A DNA stretch of 64,000 nucleotides from Macrostomum hystrix (Eukaryota > Animalia > Platyhelminthes). The notes beneath the pieces were generated by a model. The model saw only the letters and a list, made by a program, of their open reading frames with translations, ran no database searches and had not been told where the DNA came from. The stretch covers positions 28,954,001-29,018,000 of the forward strand of contig CATNEN010000038.1 in assembly GCA_950097015.1 (NCBI GenBank), read 5' to 3'. Positions 1 to 10,700 of the stretch are shown piece after piece. Numbering within the stretch: the first letter of the stretch is position 1; the number at the start of each line of letters is the position of its first letter. A program made the translations under genes and the position numbers.

Positions 1-2
1 CG

Positions 3-3000
3 CTAACAACTGTTCGTTTGAGGCGACAGCCAGTTGTCTGCAGAAAGAGAAGTCGCGGAGATTTTGTTTTCGTAATTGGAGTTGGCTCTAGAACAGCTAA
101 GCACCGCAACTTTGAGAAGATCAAATACTTTATAAAGAAGATTGCATCGGAATACGCGATCGACGAGGGTGCATCCAGAGGTGGTGTTTTCATTTTGGGA
201 TCAAGCTCACACAAGGCCGTCGGCCTAAACACATTTAGAAGTGACATTGACTTTAAAGCCAGCATAGACAGACTGTCGACGCCCAGGTCGCGCACAGCTC
301 ACTTCAGATCCGGAATGGAAAAGATTGTTCGCTACGTTAGACGAAGCCGCACTAAGAAGAGACCAACAACGATGATTTATATCTCGGATGGTACTGAGAT
401 GACACAGAATGTATATTCTGTGGCTCCAAAGATTGCATCGTCGATCCGTAAAACAATCGTCGTCGGTCTAAAACCGTCTATAAAGAATAGAGCATTGCTA
501 AGAACAATGGTCACTGATGTTCGTCACGATTTCGTGAATGTAAAGCGGTTCCGAGACTTGTCTCGTATTGCTGGAACCATCGCTAGCATGACTTGCACAA
601 AGACAGGAAAGGTAACAAAAGTTCAGAAGCAAGAACCTGGTGTAGAAAAAATCGTCCTTAGAGAAAGCAAGCGAACCATTACGAGAACTAATTCTGAAAA
701 GCGAAAGAAGACAAAAACAATTAAGCAAATAATTAAAAGGAGACCCAGAAAGACCAAGCGAACTGTAACAGTCAAGATCGAGGGACAAGGTGGCAAGCGG
801 TATAAGCGACTTATTGAGAAGGCCAAGATGCAGATCAAGAAGAACAGACGAAAGTTGAAGAAGAAGATTTCTGTTGTCTACAGCACAACAATTATTCGAG
901 GCACTCGACATAGGTTCATAAAGAAAATAAGATTCGGCACGAGATGGTTCAAGACGCGAGTAATTCGAGTTGTGAGAGGATTCGGAAAAAGGCGACGTGC
1001 GCGAAGGTATCTACAGATCAGATACAAGAAGCAGTGGATTCGATTCAACTTAAAGCGACGAAAGGTACAATTCAGGCGCCGATGGTACAAAATCCGAGTG
1101 CATCGTCGGAAACTACTGCTTAAGTTAAGAAGACGATGGAGAGTGCTTAAAACACGACTAGGAAAGGTGTTTGTGACAATCAAAGGAAAAAGACGTATTC
1201 TCAACCCCAAACGTCACTTAAAACGACGCCGTGTGCAGCGGCAGCGTATTACTGTTCGATACACAACAAAGGTAATCAAAAACAAAAAGATCCTAATTCC
1301 GTCAAAGGTCAAGCTCGGGTATAAAATATTGCCCATAAAGGTTGTTCGCAAAAAGTTTGGAAAGAACAAGGGAAAGAAATTCAACACATTGATTCGCATA
1401 GGTCGCCGTTGGGTGCGCTTTAGCGCTAAACGAAGACGTGTGAAGATTGGAAGAGGATGGTTCCGAGTCACCTATAGAAAGAACGGCGCCGGAGTTGTGC
1501 ATCGCAGGAGATGGTATAAAATAAGAGTTACCAAAGAAGGATTTAAAGTACGAGTAGCAAGAAGGTGGCGTCGCCTTATTACAACCAAGCGAAAACTGTT
1601 TATTCAGCATCGAGGAAAAATAACAAGGGTAGGAAAGCCACTTGTCGTGAGATCATTGCATGGGAAGTTCAAATATTCACGACGAAAATTTAAAAAGCCA
1701 ATTCACAAAAAGCGTTATAATAGAAAAAGAAAAACTCATCGACGTCAAAGAAACAATACAAAGACAAGCATTGTGAAAGTGAAGGGACCTGCCCCGATCC
1801 GCATTCGATTCACGACTAGAAAGATCCGTGGAAAGACTGTCCGCGTTCCCAAGAGAATCCGACTGGGCAGGAAGGTCGTCCGAGTCAAAGTACAGCCTCG
1901 AGTGCTCGTGAGACGAGGCAAGCGAATCACTCGAGTCCGAGTTTTGGTTCGGGTACAGAAGCGCTGGCGCAGGTTCAGTGTTCGTCGCAGGAAGATCAGG
2001 GTTGGCAAAACGTGGGTCACTGCCTACTACAAACGACGAGGCTTCGGAATCCAGTTCAAACGCAGATGGATCAAGACTCGCGTAACCAAGAACAGACTGA
2101 GAGTGCGCATCTCAGGAAAGTGGAGACGCGTCACATCGAAAAAGCGTAAGCTCTACGTCACTGGACGAAACGGCAGGCGTTACTACATGGGTCTCATCCT
2201 GCCCAAGAACCTGCGAGGACGCAGGCGCAGGGTTGTGAGGAGACGTCGTGTTGTCCGACGAAGCATCGTGAAAGTGAAGGGACCTGCCCCGATCCGCATT
2301 CGATTCACGAATAGAAAGATCCGTGGAAAGACTGTCCGCGTTCCCAAGAGAATCCGACTGGGCAGGAAGGTCGTCCGAGTCAAAGTACAGCCTCGAGTGC
2401 TCGTGAGACGAGGCAAGCGAATCACTCGAGTCCGAGTTTTGGTTCGGGTACAGAAGCGCTGGCGCAGGTTCAGTGTTCGTCGCAGGAAGATCAGGGTTGG
2501 CAAAACGTGGGTCACTGCCTACTACAAACGACGAGGCTTCGGAATCCAGTTCAAACGCAGATGGATCAAGACTCGCGTAACCAAGAACAGACTGAGAGTG
2601 CGCATCTCAGGAAAGTGGAGACGCGTCACATCGAAAAAGCGTAAGCTCTACGTCACTGGACGAAACGGCAGGCGTTACTACATGGGTCTCATCCTGCCCA
2701 AGAACCTGCGAGGACGCAGGCGCAGGGTTGTGAGGAGACGTCGTGTTGTCCGACGAAGCATCGTGAAAGTGAAGGGACCTGCCCCGATCCGCATTCGATT
2801 CACGAATAGAAAGATCCGTGGAAAGACTGTCCGCGTTCCCAAGAGAATCCGACTGGGCAGGAAGGTCGTCCGAGTCAAAGTACAGCCTCGAGTGCTCGTG
2901 AGACGAGGCAAGCGAATCACTCGAGTCCGAGTTTTGGTTCGGGTACAGAAGCGCTGGCGCAGGTTCAGTGTTCGTCGCAGGAAGATCAGGGTTGGCAAAA

Positions 3001-6000
3001 CGTGGGTCACTGCCTACTACAAACGACGAGGCTTCGGAATCCAGTTCAAACGCAGATGGATCAAGACTCGCGTAACCAAGAACAGACTGAGAGTGCGCAT
3101 CTCAGGAAAGTGGAGACGCGTCACATCGAAAAAGCGTAAGCTCTACGTCACTGGACGAAACGGCAGGCGTTACTACATGGGTCTCATCCTGCCCAAGAAC
3201 CTGCGAGGACGCAGGCGCAGGGTTGTGAGGAGACGTCGTGTTGTCCGACGAAGCATCGTGAAAGTGAAGGGACCTGCCCCGATCCGCATTCGATTCACGA
3301 ATAGAAAGATCCGTGGAAAGACTGTCCGCGTTCCCAAGAGAATCCGACTGGGCAGGAAGGTCGTCCGAGTCAAAGTACAGCCTCGAGTGCTCGTGAGACG
3401 AGGCAAGCGAATCACTCGAGTCCGAGTTTTGGTTCGGGTACAGAAGCGCTGGCGCAGGTTCAGTGTTCGTCGCCGGAAGATCAGGGTTGGCAAAACGTGG
3501 GTCACTGCCTACTACAAACGACGAGGCTTCGGAATCCAGTTCAAACGCAGATGGATCAAGACTCGAGTAACCAAGAAAAGACTGAGAGTGCGCATCTCAG
3601 GAAAGTGGAGACGCGTCACATCGAAAAAGCGTAAGCTCTACGTCACTGGACGAAACGGCAGGCGTTACTACATGGGTCTCATCCTGCCCAAGAACCTGCG
3701 AGGACGCAGGCGCAGGGTTGTGAGGAGACGTCGTGTTGTCCGACGAAGCATCGTGAAAGTGAAGGGACCTGCCCCGATCCGCATTCGATTCACGAATAGA
3801 AAGATCCGTGGAAAGACTGTCCGCGTTCCCAAGAGAATCCGACTGGGCAGGAAGGTCGTCCGAGTCAAAGTACAGCCTCGAGTGCTCGTGAGACGAGGCA
3901 AGCGAATCACTCGAGTCCGAGTTTTGGTTCGGGTACAGAAGCGCTGGCGCAGGTTCAGTGTTCGTCGCAGGAAGATCAGGGTTGGCAAAACGTGGGTCAC
4001 TGCCTACTACAAACGACGAGGCTTCGGAATCCAGTTCAAACGCAGATGGATCAAGACTCGAGTAACCAAGAACAGACTGAGAGTGCGCATCTCAGGAAAG
4101 TGGAGACGCGTCACATCGAAAAAGCGTAAGCTCTACGTCACTGGACGAAACGGCAGGCGTTACTACATGGGTCTCATCCTGCCCAAGAACCTGCGAGGAC
4201 GCAGGCGCAGGGTTGTGAGGAGACGTCGTGTTGTCCGACGAAGCATCGTGAAAGTGAAGGGACCTGCCCCGATCCGCATTCGATTCACGAATAGAAAGAT
4301 CCGTGGAAAGACTGTCCGCGTTCCCAAGAGAATCCGACTGGGCAGGAAGGTCGTCCGAGTCAAAGTACAGCCTCGAGTGCTCGTGAGACGAGGCAAGCGA
4401 ATCACTCGAGTCCGAGTTTTGGTTCGGGTACAGAAGCGCTGGCGCAGGTTCAGTGTTCGTCGCAGGAAGATCAGGGTTGGAAAAACGTGGGTCACTGCCT
4501 ACTACAAACGACGAGGCTTCGGAATCCAGTTCAAACGCAGATGGATCAAGACTCGCGTAACCAAGAACAGACTGAGAGTGCGCATCTCAGGAAAGTGGAG
4601 ACGCGTCACATCGAAAAAGCGTAAGCTCTACGTCACTGGACGAAACGGCAGGCGTTACTACATGGGTCTCATCCTGCCCAAGAACCTGCGAGGACGCAGG
4701 CGCAGGGTTGTCAACAAGCACCGCGCTCTCTTCGGCAGAAAGATTTTCCGACGCAGACGCATCGTCAGAAAGATTGTCAGAGGAAAGTCCGTCGTCAACA
4801 AGCACCGTGCTCTCTTCGGCAGAAAGCTCTACAGACGCAGACGCATCATCAGAAAGATTGTCAGAGGAAAGTCCGTCGTCAACAAGCACCGTACTCTCTT
4901 CGGCAGAAAGCTCTACAGACGCAGACGCATCGTCAGAAAGATTGTCAGAGGAAAGTCCGTCGTCAACAAGCACCGTGCTCTCTTCGGCAGAAAGCTTTAC
5001 AGACGCAGACGCATCGTCAGAAAGATTGTCAGAGGAAAGTCCGTCGTCAACAAGCACCGTGCTCTTTTCGGCAGAAAGCTTTACAGACGCAGACGCATCA
5101 TCAGAAAGACTGTCAGAGGAAAGTCCGTCGTCAACAAGCACAGTGCTCTCTTCGGCAGAAAGCTCTACAGACGCAGACGCATCGTCAGAAAGACTGTCAG
5201 AGGAAAGTCCGTCGTCAACAAGCACCGTACTCTCTTCGGCAGAAAGCTTTACAGACGCAGACGCATCGTCAGAAAGATTGTCAGAGGAAAGTCCGTTGTC
5301 AACAAGCACCGTGCTCTTTTCGGCAGAAAGCTTTACAGACGCAGACGCATTGTCAGAAAGATTGTCAGAGGAAGGTCCGTCGTCAGGAGTCACGGGGCTA
5401 CCTTTAATCGAAAGCTTTACAGGCAAAGACGAGTTAGCTTTCGAAGGCAGCGCAAGTACGCAACTGGTCTGATAGCGACAAAACACCTTAAAGGCGGCAT
5501 TTTTGGACATAGAGGATATACCAAGACCAATAATAGATTTGGAAAGCGTCAAGTTGTGTTTAAGAGTAAACCCCGGGCCGCTTTCATCAAGAAGAACTGG
5601 TCCCATGTGAAGGGAGGCGTCATCGTCGAAAATGGTCGTAGAATCGTGCTCAATAGGTTCGGTAAAATACAAGGACGAGCCACTCGCGTTTACAAGGCAC
5701 GCAAATACGCAACTGGTCTTATCGTGCCAAAGCATCTTAAGGGTCGCCTTGTGGGCCATAGAGCCTATCGAAAATCTATTAGTCGATTGAGGAGGCATAA
5801 GTCTCGTGTCGCTTTTGTCAAGAAAAACTGGTCCCATGTGAAGGGAGGAGTCATCGTGGAGAATGGTCGACGAATAGTACTGAATCGATTTGGTAAAATG
5901 CGTGGTCACTCCAGAGTGTCCTACAGTCATGTAAAGGCTGGTGGACGATCAAGGCGCGCCTATAAGAGCCACGCATATGGGTTCAAGCGACGTCGTTCCA

Positions 6001-6314
6001 GAAATATTTCAACGGGCGCTAACTCCTATGGCACAGAGTCTTCCTCCAGCTATGCAACGACGTCAACAGTTCCCGTCGTATCTCATGAAAGCCGTTCAGA
6101 GGAAGTTGGCAAGCCGGAGGTCGTCACGCACGAGAGCCAGACAGTGCAGGTGGGCAAGCCGGAAGTCGTCACGCACGAGAGTCAAACAGTGAAGGTAGGA
6201 AAGCCAGAAATCGTCACAAACGAGAGCCAGACAGTGCAGGTTGGCAAGCCGGAAGTGTACGAATCTGGTTGGATTACTTCTGGGAGCCAGACTACATCGA
6301 CTGTGACAAAATGA
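3..6314 (+). CDS. Giant secreted-type vWA-domain + Lys/Arg-rich repeat protein (adhesive/cement-like); 5' end lies outside the window
   Basis: The frame is open from position 3 (the TTG at 18 is not a true start) to TGA at 6312-6314, with no introns. There is a Cys-bounded vWA domain (C..GDFVFVIGVGS..NFEKIKYFIKKI..SRGGVF..MIYISDG..IVVG..C) with a degenerate MIDAS. It is followed by ~1700 aa of K/R/V/I/G-rich repeats and a neutral/acidic tail with VGKPEVVTHESQTVQ repeats. Confidence 0.9.
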   Translation, partial: LTTVRLRRQPVVCRKRSRGDFVFVIGVGSRTAKHRNFEKIKYFIKKIASEYAIDEGASRGGVFILGSSSHKAVGLNTFRSDIDFKASIDRLSTPRSRTAHFRSGMEKIVRYVRRSRTKKRPTTMIYISDGTEMTQNVYSVAPKIASSIRKTIVVGLKPSIKNRALLRTMVTDVRHDFVNVKRFRDLSRIAGTIASMTCTKTGKVTKVQKQEPGVEKIVLRESKRTITRTNSEKRKKTKTIKQIIKRRPRKTKRTVTVKIEGQGGKRYKRLIEKAKMQIKKNRRKLKKKISVVYSTTIIRGTRHRFIKKIRFGTRWFKTRVIRVVRGFGKRRRARRYLQIRYKKQWIRFNLKRRKVQFRRRWYKIRVHRRKLLLKLRRRWRVLKTRLGKVFVTIKGKRRILNPKRHLKRRRVQRQRITVRYTTKVIKNKKILIPSKVKLGYKILPIKVVRKKFGKNKGKKFNTLIRIGRRWVRFSAKRRRVKIGRGWFRVTYRKNGAGVVHRRRWYKIRVTKEGFKVRVARRWRRLITTKRKLFIQHRGKITRVGKPLVVRSLHGKFKYSRRKFKKPIHKKRYNRKRKTHRRQRNNTKTSIVKVKGPAPIRIRFTTRKIRGKTVRVPKRIRLGRKVVRVKVQPRVLVRRGKRITRVRVLVRVQKRWRRFSVRRRKIRVGKTWVTAYYKRRGFGIQFKRRWIKTRVTKNRLRVRISGKWRRVTSKKRKLYVTGRNGRRYYMGLILPKNLRGRRRRVVRRRRVVRRSIVKVKGPAPIRIRFTNRKIRGKTVRVPKRIRLGRKVVRVKVQPRVLVRRGKRITRVRVLVRVQKRWRRFSVRRRKIRVGKTWVTAYYKRRGFGIQFKRRWIKTRVTKNRLRVRISGKWRRVTSKKRKLYVTGRNGRRYYMGLILPKNLRGRRRRVVRRRRVVRRSIVKVKGPAPIRIRFTNRKIRGKTVRVPKRIRLGRKVVRVKVQPRVLVRRGKRITRVRVLVRVQKRWRRFSVRRRKIRVGKTWVTAYYKRRGFGIQFKRRWIKTRVTKNRLRVRISGKWRRVTSKKRKLYVTGRNGRRYYMGLILPKNLRGRRRRVVRRRRVVRRSIVKVKGPAPIRIRFTNRKIRGKTVRVPKRIRLGRKVVRVKVQPRVLVRRGKRITRVRVLVRVQKRWRRFSVRRRKIRVGKTWVTAYYKRRGFGIQFKRRWIKTRVTKKRLRVRISGKWRRVTSKKRKLYVTGRNGRRYYMGLILPKNLRGRRRRVVRRRRVVRRSIVKVKGPAPIRIRFTNRKIRGKTVRVPKRIRLGRKVVRVKVQPRVLVRRGKRITRVRVLVRVQKRWRRFSVRRRKIRVGKTWVTAYYKRRGFGIQFKRRWIKTRVTKNRLRVRISGKWRRVTSKKRKLYVTGRNGRRYYMGLILPKNLRGRRRRVVRRRRVVRRSIVKVKGPAPIRIRFTNRKIRGKTVRVPKRIRLGRKVVRVKVQPRVLVRRGKRITRVRVLVRVQKRWRRFSVRRRKIRVGKTWVTAYYKRRGFGIQFKRRWIKTRVTKNRLRVRISGKWRRVTSKKRKLYVTGRNGRRYYMGLILPKNLRGRRRRVVNKHRALFGRKIFRRRRIVRKIVRGKSVVNKHRALFGRKLYRRRRIIRKIVRGKSVVNKHRTLFGRKLYRRRRIVRKIVRGKSVVNKHRALFGRKLYRRRRIVRKIVRGKSVVNKHRALFGRKLYRRRRIIRKTVRGKSVVNKHSALFGRKLYRRRRIVRKTVRGKSVVNKHRTLFGRKLYRRRRIVRKIVRGKSVVNKHRALFGRKLYRRRRIVRKIVRGRSVVRSHGATFNRKLYRQRRVSFRRQRKYATGLIATKHLKGGIFGHRGYTKTNNRFGKRQVVFKSKPRAAFIKKNWSHVKGGVIVENGRRIVLNRFGKIQGRATRVYKARKYATGLIVPKHLKGRLVGHRAYRKSISRLRRHKSRVAFVKKNWSHVKGGVIVENGRRIVLNRFGKMRGHSRVSYSHVKAGGRSRRAYKSHAYGFKRRRSRNISTGANSYGTESSSSYATTSTVPVVSHESRSEEVGKPEVVTHESQTVQVGKPEVVTHESQTVKVGKPEIVTNESQTVQVGKPEVYESGWITSGSQTTSTVTK
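1767..4710 (+). repeat. Coding tandem repeat, 495 bp (165 aa) x ~6, nearly identical
   Basis: Units start at 1767, 2262, 2757, 3252, 3747 and 4242, with only scattered single-base differences. Confidence 0.95.
4707..5400 (+). repeat. Coding tandem repeat, 84 bp (28 aa, VVNKHRALFGRKLYRRRRIVRKIVRGKS) x 8
   Basis: Directly visible periodicity in DNA and protein. Confidence 0.95.
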
Positions 6315-7714
6315 TTTTAACATGATTACCTGCCTACTCCAGAATATTACTAACTAATAACCTTTGACAAAGAAACTGAAATAAGTCCCTGACTCTGAAA
6401 GTTTTATTTTTGCTGGTTATTTTTTCACCAAAGTCGGTGTTAATGGTGTTTGGTCTATTGATTTCTTTAAGTTTTTATTATATATAATCGTAAAAAGTAG
6501 TTCGACTACTTGAGACTTATGTTTTGAGTTGTTCGTTTGTGATTCGCTCACGTGTTGATGTTGGGAAATCCGGAATGCTGATCAGATATGTTTTCAATGA
6601 AATCATTATTTATAAGTCCTGTTTAGTATGGAGCAAACATCCAAAAAAAAATTAATTTTTTCTGGGCAGCATTCTTGACGCTACCGACTAGAAGCAATTT
6701 CTGTCCGTGTCTTGTGCTCCTGCTGAACTGTGAACCTTTTCCGTGGCTATTGAATTTTCTCTAAAAGTTTAGTTTTTCTCTAACTCAAATAAAACTATAA
6801 AACAAGTTTCTTCTCTGTAACCCATAATAATTCCGTTTGTTCTATCTTTATTTCACAATATTTTCAGATCCATTTGAAGAACTAAGAGGTTCGCCAGCTC
6901 TGCTATACTAGCTAGTAGTATAGACGCTTTTTAATTTTAAACTGTGTTAAATTTGCTTCATAAATTACTAAAGAAAAGTCGAATCAGTCAACCAAATAAA
7001 GGTTTTTGTGTTTTAAACTAAAAACTGAAGCAAGCCATTGTGTGAGGTTTATAACGCTATTGAAGTTTAATTGTGAAATATTGTATAATAAGTGTGCGCC
7101 AACTGCAAAAACTGCGCAAAAACGGAACATTATAATGCGAACCAAGAGGAAACGTTAATGCAACTAGAAGGAAATCGGAAAATATTTCACGAGAGGAAAG
7201 TGTAGTCAATGTATGAATATTAAAAACACAAATGACGAAACAAGCTTACATCGCAATTGTTAATTAAATCGCGATGTCCATTTTATACCAGTGTCCACAC
7301 CGAACAACTTTGTGAAGAAAGTACAAAACACGTCAAAAAAGTAAAAAAGTAAAAAAGTAAAAAGTTTTATTCAGAAAAAGTACACATTCAGTGATTCGAA
7401 TTATAATTGTAGAGCAATAACTTTAGTAATTAAAGTATATAACAGTGTTTTATTATTTATGTTTAAAATACTACACAGAGATATACATTGGCCGGAAAAA
7501 AACTCAAACCGAATAACCTATCGCCGTAAATATCATCTCATAGACGAAAAAATAGAATGAGTTCGTCTATGCAATAAAACATCAGCAGCAAAAAATATGC
7601 AGACCACAAATGTGGTCCCATCGCCAACTAAACAAAGGACAACCTGGCTTGAGATTAGGGCCCAGCGGCCAGCTCAGAAAAAAAAAATCAATGTTCTAGT
7701 TGTCATTATAGACT

Positions 7715-10700
7715 TTAATTCAGTTGAACGTTGAGTCTGAATATGCAGATTTTTCTTATAAAATGGATGCTGAATCGCGACATCGGATTCAGAGATTTAG
7801 AGACTGAAATAGAGACGGAATGAAAATTTTGATTCGGTTTCATTTCAGCTTTTTTAGTAAAAAAAGATTGATCGCAAGAGTTCTGGACGATGCAACAAAA
7901 ACTTTTGAAGAATAATAAGTGATTAAACCTGCGCCTATTGGGTCAGATGGGATTCCAATGGATAAATGCTGGTACCCAACAGCTGGGTGAACTGAAGCTA
8001 CGCAGAGTTAAGTGCCTTGCAAAAGCACAAAGTTTTTTCCGGTGTTAGTCTGTCTGGAATCGAATCCCCGACGTCTAAGTCGTGAGTCCCTCGCTCTAAC
8101 CAACCACTCGGCTAAAATCACTGCCATGAGAAAGCGATAAAACTGAGATAAATAACGGCTAGTCTTACCTGCCAAGTTGACGGTGTAACTCCTGCATCCG
8201 GTTAAAGCCCTCGGCGTAGTACTGCATTTGAGCATCCACAAACTCGTTCAGGCAGCGCAGGTGCTGCGACTAAATTGCAAGACAAATAAGTGCTGGCAGT
8301 GAGGGCAAGAAAAGCAATAAGAACTGATGGATGGCCTCAAATGGAAGAGGTCTACTTAGCGGGCGAGCCTAAATAAATTCTGAATTGCTTGTTGGCTCAA
8401 TTTCTGTTCCCCATGCGTCACTGAGCGCGGCTGTTGAGGGCCGGGACGGGAAATCATCACGCACCAGTTGGGGCTGTCAAGCCTGGGCGCTCCATCCATC
8501 GCTTTTAAGAAGCTCATACAGCTGTCCCGCCTCCTAAATCTCTGGGGAATATACAATGGGATTATTTGCAGTCTAATCCATTGCCTCGAACAGTCAAGCG
8601 AGACCCACGCTCAGTGTGCATAATATCGTGAGCCTTGAAAAGCACTAACAGATCCACTTTGTTGACGCTCATGTGGCCTTCACGTTTCACATTTCAAGAC
8701 ATTTTAAATCAGATAATATGCTGTGAATGACTTAAACAAATTCTTACTCGATTCACAAAAGCACCCGAAAACTAATAATTGATTTTTGTTTTAATAATTA
8801 TTGATCATATTTTATAAATCTGCCCAATTGGGCCAGATGTGCAGCCGACAGCACAGCCACGGCTGTTGCGCGGCGCATCTGAAGGCTGCGTACGACAGTT
8901 TAGTTCATAGACTGGGCGGACGCCACACCCACCCTCAATTGTTCCAGCTAATGCTGGCACCCATGAGTTAACAGCTGGGTGAACTAAAGCGATGCAGAGT
9001 TAAGTGTCTTGCTAAGGGATACATTTTTTCCGATGGGATCTGGAACCGAACCCCCGACCTTCAAGTCGTGAGTCCGACGCTCTGACCGCTAGGCTACAAC
9101 CCCATAACAATCATACTAATAACTGCAGGAGGGCTGTGGGCAATGGCACACCATTTGGTAGCACTAGAATCGAGGAGGCAATTTGCCCATTTCGCTGACT
9201 CCAGAGCACCCATGCACACAAATACCGTACTCAGGCACACACTCACACAGGTGTGTACATCTGCCCTGACTTTCTCACCGTAAGGCAGTGTACACTCTCA
9301 CTGTGCCTTGGAGGTTGGCCCTAAGTGCGTAAATTGCGCGACAAGCCCTCAAGCCTTCTTTCCGCGGCTGCGTCCCAAAAATGTGACCTCGCCACAGAAT
9401 CGAGCTCAGGGACAGTGGTGCGAGAGGCAAACAGCTCTGCCACTGGGACCCACAGACTAGAACCCCTTACTAGGCTACAACCCCCCAACCTAGCCCTGGG
9501 GCGGGTTGTAGCCTAGCTGATGCTAGTACTCATTATGCATCTGCGTGTACTGTAGCACTGGGAAATTTAAATTTAATAATTGGGTAATTTTCTTGTCTCC
9601 CTTGAACTCAGATTCGAACTGCCGAACTCTCAGTCTGAAAGCTCCCATGAAAGCAACAGCAAACAGTGCAGAAATGAATGATCAAAGCGAGACCAAAACG
9701 GAAATGATTTGAAATGATTTGAAATGATTTGGCCTTCAGTTTTCTGGATCTTAAATCTATTAGTTTTAGTCATTATTAGTTAGGAGATCTAGCTAAGTTC
9801 ATTCATAGGTTTCTGTTCAACTCGCAGAAACTGCTCACACTAGTCCACTGTCAGGGAGGTAAGCATGTGATCCAGGGTTGGACGAGAAGACTGTTTGAGA
9901 GCGGCACATGGGAGAGTGGGCGACTCGCTGCTCTCAAATGCAACTCTCGTGTTGTAGGGATTCGATGCATCCGAGGCCGAAGTTCTCCGCCTCTTCCTAG
10001 TCTCCCCATTTCTCTCCTCTTCCGAATTTCAATCCAAGCCTTGCCAAGCTTCCGCCTAAAGCAGATTTCCAATATTGAGCATGTGCTCAAATGAGAACTG
10101 ATGTACTCTTGTTCTCTATCTAACTATCCTCTTCTCTTTGAGTCTTGGCTACATCCCCAGTCCTGTTAGACTAGATATTAGAAAAAATGCATTTTCGTGT
10201 CTTGGCCTAAGCTAACTAACAAGACAGAAGAAATTTATCGCGACTTAGCACGAATTATTATTCACAAGCTCGTGTTTGCCTACTGTTTCATACTATTAGG
10301 GCACTTGGCAATAAGTAGAGAGATAATTGCCTTTAAGTTACACAGCTAAATAATATCTTGACGGATTTGTGGATAGATTGATAGATTGATGGATAGATGA
10401 TGAATGGATGGAAGTTGTGGACGAACGGTTGTTGGCTATGTATTGGCGAATTAGTACGTAGTCAGTGTGTTTTAAAGATCTGTACCAGGTGAACAGGACT
10501 AAAGCTTCAATCCAAGGCACCAAGGCAGTAAACAAGGCAATCTCACTTGAGACTTAAAATAGAATTCTGTCCCTCCAATTTCGCCAGTCTGCTTAGCGGC
10601 TGCTTGCTCCTGATAACCCCACAACCCTGCATTTGCTTGTCACTATAAAACGGATCGGGATACACAGGTCTCACTGTCTGACTAGTAGCAATGCGCAGTG

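Noticed and set aside
1745-4495. Repeated 91-110 aa antisense ORFs
   Set aside because: Shadow frames of the 495-bp coding repeat.
8030-9103. tRNA genes at SINE heads (also 14862, 20850, 57605)
   Set aside because: Cloverleafs are degenerate and run into shared SINE bodies; not functional tRNA genes.
9849-10342. Possible solo LTR (TG..CA bounded, ~490 bp) in an endophilin intron
   Set aside because: Flanks (tccac / cagct) do not form a TSD and there is no second copy in the window.
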